32,000 nucleotides of DNA from the NCBI RefSeq assembly GCF_000237865.1, contig NC_017459.1, positions 2,850,001-2,882,000 on the forward strand, read 5' to 3'. Positions 9,503 to 17,942 of the stretch are shown in pieces (position 1 is the stretch's first letter; every line of letters begins with the position of its first letter). A model generated the notes under the pieces. The model did no database searches, was not told the DNA's origin, and worked only from the letters and a program-made list of their open reading frames with translations. This DNA is from Haloquadratum walsbyi C23. GTDB taxonomy: Archaea > Halobacteriota > Halobacteria > Halobacteriales > Haloferacaceae. The position numbers were made by a program, and so were the translations under genes.

Positions 9503-9632
9503 AAATGTCATGTTTCATATTAGCTGTGCCTGATATATCGATATAGATATATATCAAATGCATAAATATCGTTTAATCGATATATCTAAACAAGCACTGA
9601 CCTAATATTATTTTGGTGCTGTTTCCAAACCG

Positions 9633-9638
9633 TTTATA
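9633..9638 (+). promoter_or_regulatory. TATA box (TTTATA) of a leaderless aIF5A transcript
   Basis: The hexamer starts exactly 30 nt upstream of the ATG at 9663. Confidence 0.4.
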
Positions 9639-9662
9639 CCAACTAGACAAGTATCGTAAGTT

Positions 9663-10037
9663 ATGCCGAGAGAGCAGAAGCAGGTTCGCGAACTGCAAGA
9701 AGGCAGTTACGTAATGATGGATGAATCTCCGTGTGAGATCAACTCATATAGCACGGCAAAGCCTGGTAAGCATGGGAGTGCAAAGGCTCGAGTTGAAGGG
9801 AATGGTGTTTTTGATGATCGGAAGCGGTCACTCTCACAACCGGTTGATGCGAAGGTATGGGTTCCAATCATTGAGCGCAAGCAAGGACAGGTTGTCTCAG
9901 TCACCGGTTCTGATGCACAAATAATGGATCTTGATAATTATCAGACATTCACAATGCGAGTCCCTGAAGACCAGGACATGTCACCTGATGATGAAATAGA
10001 GTATCTCGAATACGAAGGGCAGCGAAAGATCGTCTAA
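9663..10037 (+). CDS. eif5a: translation initiation factor 5A (aIF5A)
   Basis: 124 aa. Hypusination loop [15 protein letters not shown] and a C-terminal OB domain. Confidence 0.95.
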   Translation: MPREQKQVRELQEGSYVMMDESPCEINSYSTAKPGKHGSAKARVEGNGVFDDRKRSLSQPVDAKVWVPIIERKQGQVVSVTGSDAQIMDLDNYQTFTMRVPEDQDMSPDDEIEYLEYEGQRKIV

Positions 10038-10051
10038 TCACACACGTTGTA

Positions 10052-10879
10052 ATGTTTCCTGGGACCAGAGAGTCCATTGATCGTGACGCTGCTGAGTATG
10101 TCATCATTGGAGCGCCGTTGGATGTTTCAACATCATTTCTTCCGGGCACCCGATTTGGTCCCGACCGTATTCGACAGTTCGCTCGTCCGTTTGACGACTA
10201 TGACCGACGGACCGACCTGCACTTTTCTGCGTGCGGCGTTATTGATCAAGGGAATGTACGTGCATGGGATGATGCAACAGAGTATCTTGAATGGCTCAAT
10301 GGTGAACTTACTGCTATCATCCGTGATGATGCCCTCCCGGTGTTACTTGGCGGAGAACATACTATCACCCGCGCAGGCGTTGATGCGGTAATGCCAGATG
10401 TGTTCGTTTGTCTTGATGCACATCTCGATCTACGCCAGACATATGATGGGAACACAAACAGTCACGCGACCGTAACCCATCATATATCTAAAATAGATAC
10501 AATCGAGGAGATACTAATCATTGGTGCTCGAACCGGCACGGAGACCGAGTGGGAACGTGCAACAGCCGCAGATGTAACTATCGTATCGCCAACTGATCTT
10601 ACCGCAGGGTTCGATGTAACTACGTGGATTGGTGATCGATCGAGTTATATCAGTGTGGATATTGATGCAGTCGACCCAGGATTTGCACCTGGGACTGGAA
10701 CGCCTGAACCCGGTGGGATTACACCACAGGATGCAAGAGAAACTGTTCGAGCCGCTGCAAGCTCAGCAGTTGGGTTTGATATTGTTGAGGTCACTGACCG
10801 TGATGATGGGCAGACAGCAAGCCTCGCCGGAAAGCTTGTACGCGATTTTATTTATATGCATTACGCAGCGAAAACGTGA
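10052..10879 (+). CDS. speB: agmatinase (ureohydrolase/arginase family)
   Basis: 275 aa. Metal-binding motifs GGEHTIT, LDAHLDLR, SVDIDAVDPGFAPGTGTPEPGG. Confidence 0.88.
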   Translation: MFPGTRESIDRDAAEYVIIGAPLDVSTSFLPGTRFGPDRIRQFARPFDDYDRRTDLHFSACGVIDQGNVRAWDDATEYLEWLNGELTAIIRDDALPVLLGGEHTITRAGVDAVMPDVFVCLDAHLDLRQTYDGNTNSHATVTHHISKIDTIEEILIIGARTGTETEWERATAADVTIVSPTDLTAGFDVTTWIGDRSSYISVDIDAVDPGFAPGTGTPEPGGITPQDARETVRAAASSAVGFDIVEVTDRDDGQTASLAGKLVRDFIYMHYAAKT

Positions 10880-10989
10880 TACACAACCAACGAGACGGAG
10901 CCTGCTCGATAGAAACAAAAGTTATCATTACCTGGTTGAGAGTTTGAGTAATCTTGAGTGAACCAGTCTTGTGGTGTCTAGGTATATAC

Positions 10990-11272
10990 GTTGTATAGTG
11001 AAGTATCATGGGCGTGGTGATCCGTGACTTCGCTGTGGTCTCTAGCAGGAAGCCAGCGGAACGACCGATAGCAAATTTGATTCCACCCGCGCTCGTCTCT
11101 AGCGAGACTCGCGTGGAACCGGTAACACCCGAACACATCGTCGGTGCCACCGTAACAGAGGTCGTCTCCAAATTATTGTAGGGCGTCCCGATGGTTCAAA
11201 ACAGGGACGTAGCCGAGCGCACGCGCTTCACCCCCGCCCACGGTGAGGCGGGGAACTCGCGCTGCTTTTCGT
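10990..11272. other. G+C-rich, hairpin-dense island between the convergent speB and surE genes
   Basis: 156/260 G+C (60%) for 11011-11270, against AT-rich neighbouring spacers. An 11-bp interrupted hairpin at 11087-11116 and a 7-bp GC hairpin at 11232-11253. Confidence 0.3.
11232..11253. terminator. GC hairpin at the surE stop, followed by TTTT on the plus strand; possible bidirectional terminator
   Basis: CCCCGCC (11232-11238) pairs with GGCGGGG (11247-11253) around an 8-nt loop. TTTT lies at 11266-11269. The hairpin ends 20 nt from the surE stop codon (11273-11275). Archaeal termination mainly needs oligo-T, so this is weak. Confidence 0.25.
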
Positions 11273-12070
11273 CTAGATTGAGTCGAGATATGTCGATGCA
11301 AGTGCATCAAGCGCTTCATGATGTTCTGTTGTGTGTGGGGCTGCCAGTGGTGATACTGAAATATGTCCATCAACAACAGCGCGACGGTCTGTGCCGCTCG
11401 GGTCAGGAATATCATCGGTTCGCATCCGTTCCCAAACACGGTCATGCAAAGTTACTGTTCCGTTGCCATCATGTTCAGCTGTCATGTCATAAACTCTGGA
11501 GGGACGCGTGACTTCAAGTGTTGCCGGCTCATTTGCTGCTACTGGAGCGTTAATATTGAGATAATCAGCCTGTTCGAACACGCCGGCATCGAATGCATGT
11601 CGAGCAAGATATGTGGCTGCTCGACTTGCATCAGCAAATGCTGATACCTCCGTTGCCTGTTTATGCCACGGAGTATCGCCACCGCCCGGAATGTACATCG
11701 ACACCGCCATTGCGGGAACGTCGAAGAACGTCGATTCAACAGCTGCACTGACAGTTCCGGACCGACCAAGAACATATGCACCGATGTTAGCACCCTTATT
11801 ACATCCAGCAATGACGAGGTCAACATCTGGACAAAGCGCTTCTACGCCAGCAACAACACAGTCAGCTGGGGTGCCATCGATTCCGTACCCCCAATCGTGT
11901 TCATGGATTGTAACATCTGAGGACAGTTGCCGACCAACCGCACTTTGATCATCTGTTGGGGCAACAACAGTAACCTCAGCAATATCATCGAACGCTTGGT
12001 ATAACGCTTGAATGCCAACGGCATCAATACCGTCATCGTTCGTCAAAAGGACCGAAAGGGATTCGCTCAT
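11273..12070 (-). CDS. surE: 5'/3'-nucleotidase SurE
   Basis: Canonical N-terminus MSESLSVLLTNDDGIDA from the ATG at 12070. The track ORF is extended to a GTG at 12109. Confidence 0.9.
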   Translation of the reverse strand: MSESLSVLLTNDDGIDAVGIQALYQAFDDIAEVTVVAPTDDQSAVGRQLSSDVTIHEHDWGYGIDGTPADCVVAGVEALCPDVDLVIAGCNKGANIGAYVLGRSGTVSAAVESTFFDVPAMAVSMYIPGGGDTPWHKQATEVSAFADASRAATYLARHAFDAGVFEQADYLNINAPVAANEPATLEVTRPSRVYDMTAEHDGNGTVTLHDRVWERMRTDDIPDPSGTDRRAVVDGHISVSPLAAPHTTEHHEALDALASTYLDSI

Positions 12071-12285
12071 AACTATACTCTGTGCGGCGAGTGAAAAGAT
12101 GTACCGCACACTGTGCTTGACTGTGGTCTATAACTCAATATATGCTATATCTGGGTATCAATAGTGCATCACAGCCTGAGAATCCACGCATTTTAGCTTT
12201 GACCTATGAATGTTGAGTGGAATCACAGTTCTGTATCGTGTATTAATCGGTATGATATAACCGAGAAACATGCAATACCGGTTGG

Positions 12286-13917
12286 TTATGCGATGATATC
12301 AATTACTGATTCATCGTCAACAACAAGATTGTATGCATCCTCATCATCGTTCCAAAGACAAAGGACATTCTCAAAGGCAAGTATAGCACCATATTCCGCA
12401 GTCAAGAGTGGTTCTGTGAGCGTGTCCTTAACGGTTACAACTGCATAATGATCGGTTGTTTGACTCCCGTCACCGATTTTGAAGACAGGATTAGTATCAT
12501 ACGAAGTTTGTAGGTTTGAGGAGCCGTGTCCACGTCTATATTGATTTGAGTTCTCTGTGGGCGATGTAGTAAGATCATGGCTCAGTTTTACTGCTATAAG
12601 GTCAATTCGGTTTGTGACGTGGGTCTCCATTGTCTCCATCGCAGCATGCCGTCGAGGGTTAGCAGAGACAGGCGCTCGGGCAGTTCCATCTCGCCTAATA
12701 ATTGTATATGAGAACTGGACAGTTTCATTACGGAACCTACCATCACCAGCAGTCTCTGAATCTCGATCCATCTGTCCGGCTGCCGTTGTTTCAGACTTAT
12801 TCATCACCCGTGGTGCATCATCAAGTTGCTGTTGCGTTGGTGGCGCCGTAACCCTTGATCGACGGTCAAATGACCACCCGCGGTCTGATGGGGTTTTCCC
12901 AGACCATAACCGAAGTGTCGGAGCATAAATCGTTGCGTCTATTTCATCATCAGGCGTCGCAGCTGGTGTTAAATTGCCCGCTCGCTCAGATAGAATCTGC
13001 CCCTCATCCTCTAGGATTGGTTCTGTCAGTGGGTCACCTGTCAGCATTCGCTCGATTGCTCGAAGGTGGATACTGGTGTGTTTATCAGCCGGAGCAAGTC
13101 CAATGAATGACCCATCAGTAGCAACTGCAGATAAATACCGTCTGGCGACGATGTATGGGTCATCGAGTTCACTCAGGACGTTTCCAAAGAGAATCACATC
13201 AAATGGACGCTCATTGTCTGCGGACCCAATACAGGTAGGATCAAATGATTCCGCAGACTCGTGATGAATTGTTGTTCGGAAGTTTCGTCGGGTCTCTGCG
13301 AGGATATCTGTGAGGAGATCGACTCCTGCGGATGGCTCAACACCATGATACTCGACAAGGCTACTCTCTGGAAGATAGTCGTGAATGCCAGCTGCTGGAC
13401 CACCAACTCCTGCCCCGACATCAAGAATTCGGAGTGTCTGTGAGAGACATCCCTGCTCAAGTAAATCATCAAGAACGTATCCAATTGCCGCATAATAATC
13501 GGAAAAATGATAGATCGCATATCCAAGTGCGACAGTCTGATCATATTCGACAGGGTTTTGCTGATAATAATCTCTTTTGAGTCGGCGGATTGTTGACCGT
13601 AGCATCGCGCCAGAGTCACCACGGTACCATTCAGAACCAAATCGCTCCACAAGATGATCAGCAATAACCTCATCATACCGACGAGGAAGCATATCTGGTT
13701 GCCACATTGGATCCGGTATCGGGTCTGTCGAAGCAGGCACGAATGTTCCATCAGCTCGCTCTCTTAATCCAAGTTCAAATGCCTCTTGACGAAGCGTTTC
13801 ACGAACAACTGCTGGATGTGGTTGATCCTCAATATATTCATAAATCTCATTTGGATCAATAGGACGGACATTACGGAGATATTTCGCATTCGTCCGGACA
13901 GCTTCGCGGTCAATCAT
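12286..13917 (-). CDS. SAM-dependent methyltransferase, Rsm22-like, with a long C-terminal extension
   Basis: 543 aa. SAM motif I LRILDVGAGVGGPA and a post-I acidic residue. The overall layout recalls the COG5459/Rsm22 family, but I assign it from memory only. Its start overlaps the tyrA stop (ATGA at 13914-13917). Confidence 0.55.
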   Translation of the reverse strand: MIDREAVRTNAKYLRNVRPIDPNEIYEYIEDQPHPAVVRETLRQEAFELGLRERADGTFVPASTDPIPDPMWQPDMLPRRYDEVIADHLVERFGSEWYRGDSGAMLRSTIRRLKRDYYQQNPVEYDQTVALGYAIYHFSDYYAAIGYVLDDLLEQGCLSQTLRILDVGAGVGGPAAGIHDYLPESSLVEYHGVEPSAGVDLLTDILAETRRNFRTTIHHESAESFDPTCIGSADNERPFDVILFGNVLSELDDPYIVARRYLSAVATDGSFIGLAPADKHTSIHLRAIERMLTGDPLTEPILEDEGQILSERAGNLTPAATPDDEIDATIYAPTLRLWSGKTPSDRGWSFDRRSRVTAPPTQQQLDDAPRVMNKSETTAAGQMDRDSETAGDGRFRNETVQFSYTIIRRDGTARAPVSANPRRHAAMETMETHVTNRIDLIAVKLSHDLTTSPTENSNQYRRGHGSSNLQTSYDTNPVFKIGDGSQTTDHYAVVTVKDTLTEPLLTAEYGAILAFENVLCLWNDDEDAYNLVVDDESVIDIIA

Positions 13918-14690
13918 GTGTGTTCGCCTGCCTCAGTGTATAATTGATTAAATGTCTCAGGATCGGCATCAGCAATCTGACGAGCGGCTGATGCGACCTC
14001 ATCAGCGCCCCGAAACGTTGTTTGTATCTCTTGATATACACGGGGGGACCCATCAGTCACAGTCGCGACAATATCATCAAGCGCACGCGAAACGGGCGTT
14101 GCGAACTCATCGCGAACATCCGCAGCGGCAAGAGCATATGCAAGCACAGCCGCATGTGCACTTGCCTGGACTGTCTGCATCGCCATATCATGTTCATTCG
14201 GCGTGGTTCTAAAGACATGGTTTCCTGCTTCAATAACTGTATCAACAATCCTATTTGTAATCGGACCGGGAGAATCAGGGACGAAAGCAACATTTCCCGG
14301 CGCGTTTGTAGCTGCGAACAGTGGGTGCAGACTATGACGTTCAAGATGTTCACAATGTGCCTGCATCATCTCAACTGGAGTCTGCATCACTCCGGTAATA
14401 TCAAATATTGCCTGCTCCGCTCGGTCTGCATAATTAATAATCGCGGGCTCAATTGCAGTGATTGGAACAGCAAGACAGACAATTGAAAAGGTCGCGTTTA
14501 TATCGCCCGTAACAGCCTGAACGGTTCTGTTATGTGAAGCATGATCAGCGTCTCGCTGGATTGTTTCAGCCGCTGCTACTGCGATTGCATCATCACGGTC
14601 GACAAAGGCGATGTCAAAGGACTGGAGAAGCGTTCGGGCTATCCAGCGGCCCATCTCACCAGCACCGACCACGAGTACCTCCATTGTCAT
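13914..14690 (-). CDS. tyrA: prephenate dehydrogenase
   Basis: 258 aa. N-terminal NAD motif VLVVGAGEMGRWIA and a conserved HPLF segment. Confidence 0.8.
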   Translation of the reverse strand: MTMEVLVVGAGEMGRWIARTLLQSFDIAFVDRDDAIAVAAAETIQRDADHASHNRTVQAVTGDINATFSIVCLAVPITAIEPAIINYADRAEQAIFDITGVMQTPVEMMQAHCEHLERHSLHPLFAATNAPGNVAFVPDSPGPITNRIVDTVIEAGNHVFRTTPNEHDMAMQTVQASAHAAVLAYALAAADVRDEFATPVSRALDDIVATVTDGSPRVYQEIQTTFRGADEVASAARQIADADPETFNQLYTEAGEHT

Positions 14691-14882
14691 TAACTATGCA
14701 TCGTTGCTGTGAAAAACAGTTCGATAGGTCAATTCGATCAGGAAAGTCATGATAGCAAAATAAAACTCAGTCGATACAAACCGATATGAATTCATTGATG
14801 GCCAAATATAATCATTCATTCTCAGCCACACGGTGAAATGAGGGTCGACATCAAACTGACGCAAATATGACAACTGGAATTA

Positions 14883-16124
14883 CTACGTTCCAAGTGGTGT
14901 GATTGGATATGTCGTTAAGTTCTCCACGCCGGAGTCAGTAACGACAACAAGATTCTCAATTCGAAGTCCCCCGACAGTTGGATCGTATATCCCTGGTTCC
15001 ACAGTAATCACATGTCCTGGTTTGAGCTTGCCTCCATCGGGACTGACGCGCGGAAGTTCATGCACATCTAATCCAACACCATGACCCGTTGAGTGAATAA
15101 AGCCAGTCTCTGCAGTAGGGTCAGACCGAAGTGTCGATATTCCAGCATTCTCATATATATCACAGACAATATCGTGAATATATTGCCCAGTGACACCAGG
15201 TTCAATCGCGTCGATTGCTGTTGTGAGTGCGTTTTGAGTGAGTTCGAACCAGTTGCTGAGCGTCTCATCAGGCGTTCCTCTCAGAAATGTTCGGGTCATA
15301 TCCGCATGATAATGCGTTTGTTTTGATCGTGGGAAAATGTCGACAACAATTGGTTCATCAGCATAAATGGGTCCATGACCACGATTATGTGGATCAGCAG
15401 CATCTGAACCACATGCAACAATTGTCTCATCAAGCGCACACTCATGCTGCAGCAATGTTGTTTCGATTGCCTGTTTGATTCGTTCACTGGTGAGTATTTC
15501 ATCATCGTAATACAGGATTTCATCATCGACAGTCGCTGAATTAATCAGCTTCGCTGCGGTTTCCATCGCTGCCTCATTTGCCGCTTGTGCATCTCGGATA
15601 TGCTCAATTTCTGTCTCCGTTTTTTGTGCACGAATTGTGGTGACTATATCATCAGCCTCAGCACTAACTGAGAGGTCGTGCTCACGTAGTGTATCAGCAG
15701 GTCCAAGTGGAAAGCGCTCTGGAGTCACAACGCATTTTACATCGTGTTCTTGAAGCCACTTGGCAGTCACACGTGCTTTGGCGGTCGTTGCATTATATTC
15801 GCTTACGATTGACCGATAATCATAATCTGCGAGCCGCGACACACTATCTGCTCGGCTTTCTGCCTGTGCTCTGCCATACTCAAGCGCGGAAACCAGAAGT
15901 GCTGTTTTTTCAGGTGTATAAATCGTGATGAATGGATCAGGTGCGTCAAATCCGGAGAGGTACCGCTGTGTGGAACTTGATCCATCCGCGTCAACTAGAT
16001 AACCATCAGCGCCTGCCTCATCAAGATATGTATCAAGATCTGTGAAATCTGGTTCTGGCGTGAGTTCTGTGCTCATACTGGAATCGTCGTTTGAATCTGA
16101 ATCTGTGTCTGTATTCGCATTCAT
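14883..16124 (-). CDS. Xaa-Pro aminopeptidase / M24B-family metallopeptidase
   Basis: 413 aa. Pita-bread metal ligands (HYHADMTRT, HSTGHGVGLDVHE, VITVEPG, RIEN). The N-terminal 20 residues are Asp/Ser-rich. Confidence 0.85.
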   Translation of the reverse strand: MNANTDTDSDSNDDSSMSTELTPEPDFTDLDTYLDEAGADGYLVDADGSSSTQRYLSGFDAPDPFITIYTPEKTALLVSALEYGRAQAESRADSVSRLADYDYRSIVSEYNATTAKARVTAKWLQEHDVKCVVTPERFPLGPADTLREHDLSVSAEADDIVTTIRAQKTETEIEHIRDAQAANEAAMETAAKLINSATVDDEILYYDDEILTSERIKQAIETTLLQHECALDETIVACGSDAADPHNRGHGPIYADEPIVVDIFPRSKQTHYHADMTRTFLRGTPDETLSNWFELTQNALTTAIDAIEPGVTGQYIHDIVCDIYENAGISTLRSDPTAETGFIHSTGHGVGLDVHELPRVSPDGGKLKPGHVITVEPGIYDPTVGGLRIENLVVVTDSGVENLTTYPITPLGT

Positions 16125-16491
16125 ATTTTACTTTTGTGTATGTATATGTAGGGAACTCTGTGAGTAAACCGAGATATACTAATTCAAGTTATGTTACAGC
16201 GATAAGAAAGTCCTCGGGGTGAATTGGAATAAGTGTGCGATGTGATGTTGTCTCCAAGTAGGAACTCTCAAATTAGGTGTATATACGAATCAATTAGTAT
16301 AACATAATTATGCAAATATAAATCAAATGAATATATGTAGGATTATTTTTCTCATACTGTTGTTTTCAGTAACTCCTGCGAGGGTAGGCTCAAGATATCT
16401 TTTCGATACCAAACCGAGAGTAAGAGGGTCGCACGTGAGCGTGCATCTTCTATATGTGATACATCGATGGATGTGATTACTCTCTGTGCGG

Positions 16492-16920
16492 TTATTTGAG
16501 TCGCTCCTGAAGGAATGATGGATGCGCTGCAGTAACACCATCAACATCAAGAACCGATTCAGAGATCACATCTCCAAGCGCGTCACCGTCTGGTGCTCGG
16601 ACCTCTGCTATCAACATATGATCGCCTGAGGATGTATATAGTGACTCAATCGACTCAAGATTCCGCAGGGTTCGTGTGACTTCGACATATCGCTCTGAAG
16701 CGACGTCAAGACCAACGACTGCAATTGAAGTTTCAGAGAGTTTCTTCGGGTCAACGTCTGCTGAATATCCAACGATTACGCCTTCTTCTTCCATTTTTCG
16801 GATATACTTCCGAACTGTTGGTTTTGAAACATCTGCTCGTTTAGCAATTTCCGCATACGATGCTTGCGCATCGTCCTCGAGAACATCAAGGATACGACCC
16901 TCTGTTGAGGTAACTTCCAT
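16492..16920 (-). CDS. Lrp/AsnC-family transcription regulator
   Basis: 142 aa. An N-terminal HTH (ILDVLEDDAQASYAEIAKRADVSKPTVRKYI) plus a C-terminal RAM-like domain. Confidence 0.85.
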   Translation of the reverse strand: MEVTSTEGRILDVLEDDAQASYAEIAKRADVSKPTVRKYIRKMEEEGVIVGYSADVDPKKLSETSIAVVGLDVASERYVEVTRTLRNLESIESLYTSSGDHMLIAEVRAPDGDALGDVISESVLDVDGVTAAHPSFLQERLK

Positions 16921-16945
16921 ACGTTCATATTTTGGTTGGTGAAAA

Positions 16946-16951
16946 AAATAA
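16946..16951 (-). promoter_or_regulatory. TATA-like box (TTATTT) for the Lrp/AsnC gene
   Basis: The 5' end of the box is 31 nt upstream of the ATG at 16920. Confidence 0.35.
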
Positions 16952-17001
16952 CTTCCGAATCAAAAAACCAACATCAGGCTATCTGAACAACAGACGGTGG
17001 G

Positions 17002-17940
17002 TTATTTGTGTTTATCGAGGAAAGTATCGTATACTCGGTCCCATTCATACTCGTCATCAAAGTATTTCTCTGCAAGTGGTTCTTCAGGTATTTCTCCGGT
17101 CCGCTTTTTCTCCTGTTGATATGATGGACGATTATTATCGACGTAGTATCGACCAGTGAGGACAGTCCCCTCGTGAAGTGCATTTTCAGTCTCAAACATC
17201 AATTGTGAGGCTGTTGAACGGTCCGTTGTATCGACATCATACTCATCGGAATCATTAATATCGATATATGGGACATACTGCTTTGCATCCTTATTCCACG
17301 TTGGGCACTGTGTCAGAAAGTCAATATGCGAGAACCCATCGTGTTCAATTGCTTCAACAATAATATCCCGAGCTTGATTTGGATTGACTGCGGCAGTTCG
17401 AGCAACATATGATGCACCTGCGTTCAGAGCCATCGACAGCGGACGGATTGGATCCTTCGCAGACCCATGTGGTTGTGTTTTCGATTTATGTCCCTTTGGT
17501 GATGTTGGAGATGTCTGCCCTTTTGTCAAGCCAAAGATCTCGTTATTGAACACAATATACGTCATATCATGGTTCTCACGGGCGGTGTGCATGAAGTGGT
17601 TACCGCCAATACCGTATCCATCACCATCACCGCCTGCAGCAACGACTGTAAGACCATCATTTGCCACTTTTGCCGCTCGAGCAACCGGTAACGATCGTCC
17701 ATGGATTGTATGGAATCCATAGCTCTCGAAGTAACTATTCAATTTGCCTGAGCAACCGATTCCTGTACAGACAAGCATTTCCTCAGGTGCTAGCCCAAGT
17801 TCTGCGGCAGCACCTTTGAGCGCTTTAAGAACGCCAAAGTCGCCACACCCAGGACACCATGTAGCTTGGGGCTCAAGCCCAGGGGTATATTCACTACGGT
17901 CATGCTCCTGCTCTTCGCCAATTGCACTAAATGCACTCAT
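17002..17940 (-). CDS. 2-oxoacid:ferredoxin oxidoreductase, beta (TPP-binding) subunit
   Basis: 312 aa. CPGCGDFG and the TPP motif GGDGDGYGIGGNHF. The subunit sizes (632 and 312 aa) fit what I recall for the haloarchaeal pyruvate enzyme (PorAB) better than KorAB, but that is not proven. Confidence 0.9.
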   Translation of the reverse strand: MSAFSAIGEEQEHDRSEYTPGLEPQATWCPGCGDFGVLKALKGAAAELGLAPEEMLVCTGIGCSGKLNSYFESYGFHTIHGRSLPVARAAKVANDGLTVVAAGGDGDGYGIGGNHFMHTARENHDMTYIVFNNEIFGLTKGQTSPTSPKGHKSKTQPHGSAKDPIRPLSMALNAGASYVARTAAVNPNQARDIIVEAIEHDGFSHIDFLTQCPTWNKDAKQYVPYIDINDSDEYDVDTTDRSTASQLMFETENALHEGTVLTGRYYVDNNRPSYQQEKKRTGEIPEEPLAEKYFDDEYEWDRVYDTFLDKHK

Positions 17941-17942
17941 AA

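Noticed and set aside
9503-9662. Replication origin in the AT-rich, palindrome-containing spacers (also 3891-3994 and 16125-16491)
   Set aside because: There is no adjacent orc1/cdc6 gene and no ORB-like long repeats flanking an unwinding element. The palindromes are short AT-only motifs.
11008-11181. 57-codon ATG ORF inside the 11-kb island as a real small protein gene
   Set aside because: Its composition is not acidic, unlike every neighbouring halophilic protein. I see no recognisable domain and no TATA box at the expected distance. It overlaps strong RNA hairpins. I keep it only as a possible remnant of foreign or decayed coding sequence.
10990-11272. tRNA, SRP (7S) RNA or RNase P RNA in the G+C-rich islands (also 20377-20559, 23461-23600, 29086-29402)
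   Set aside because: I found no T-loop (GGTTCGAATC-like) with a matching acceptor stem. There is no RNase P CR-I/CR-V type motif (GAGGAAAGTCC, ACAGAA.CCGGCTTA) and no SRP helix-8 pattern (AGG..GGAA..AGCA) on either strand. GTAGCCGAGCGC at 11209-11220 looks like a class II tRNA D-arm but is not followed by anticodon or T arms.
16212-16219. CCTCGGGG followed by TGAAT, resembling one arm of the 20.2-kb palindrome and its flank
   Set aside because: Only a single arm is present with no complementary partner nearby. One 8-mer match is expected by chance in 32 kb on two strands.
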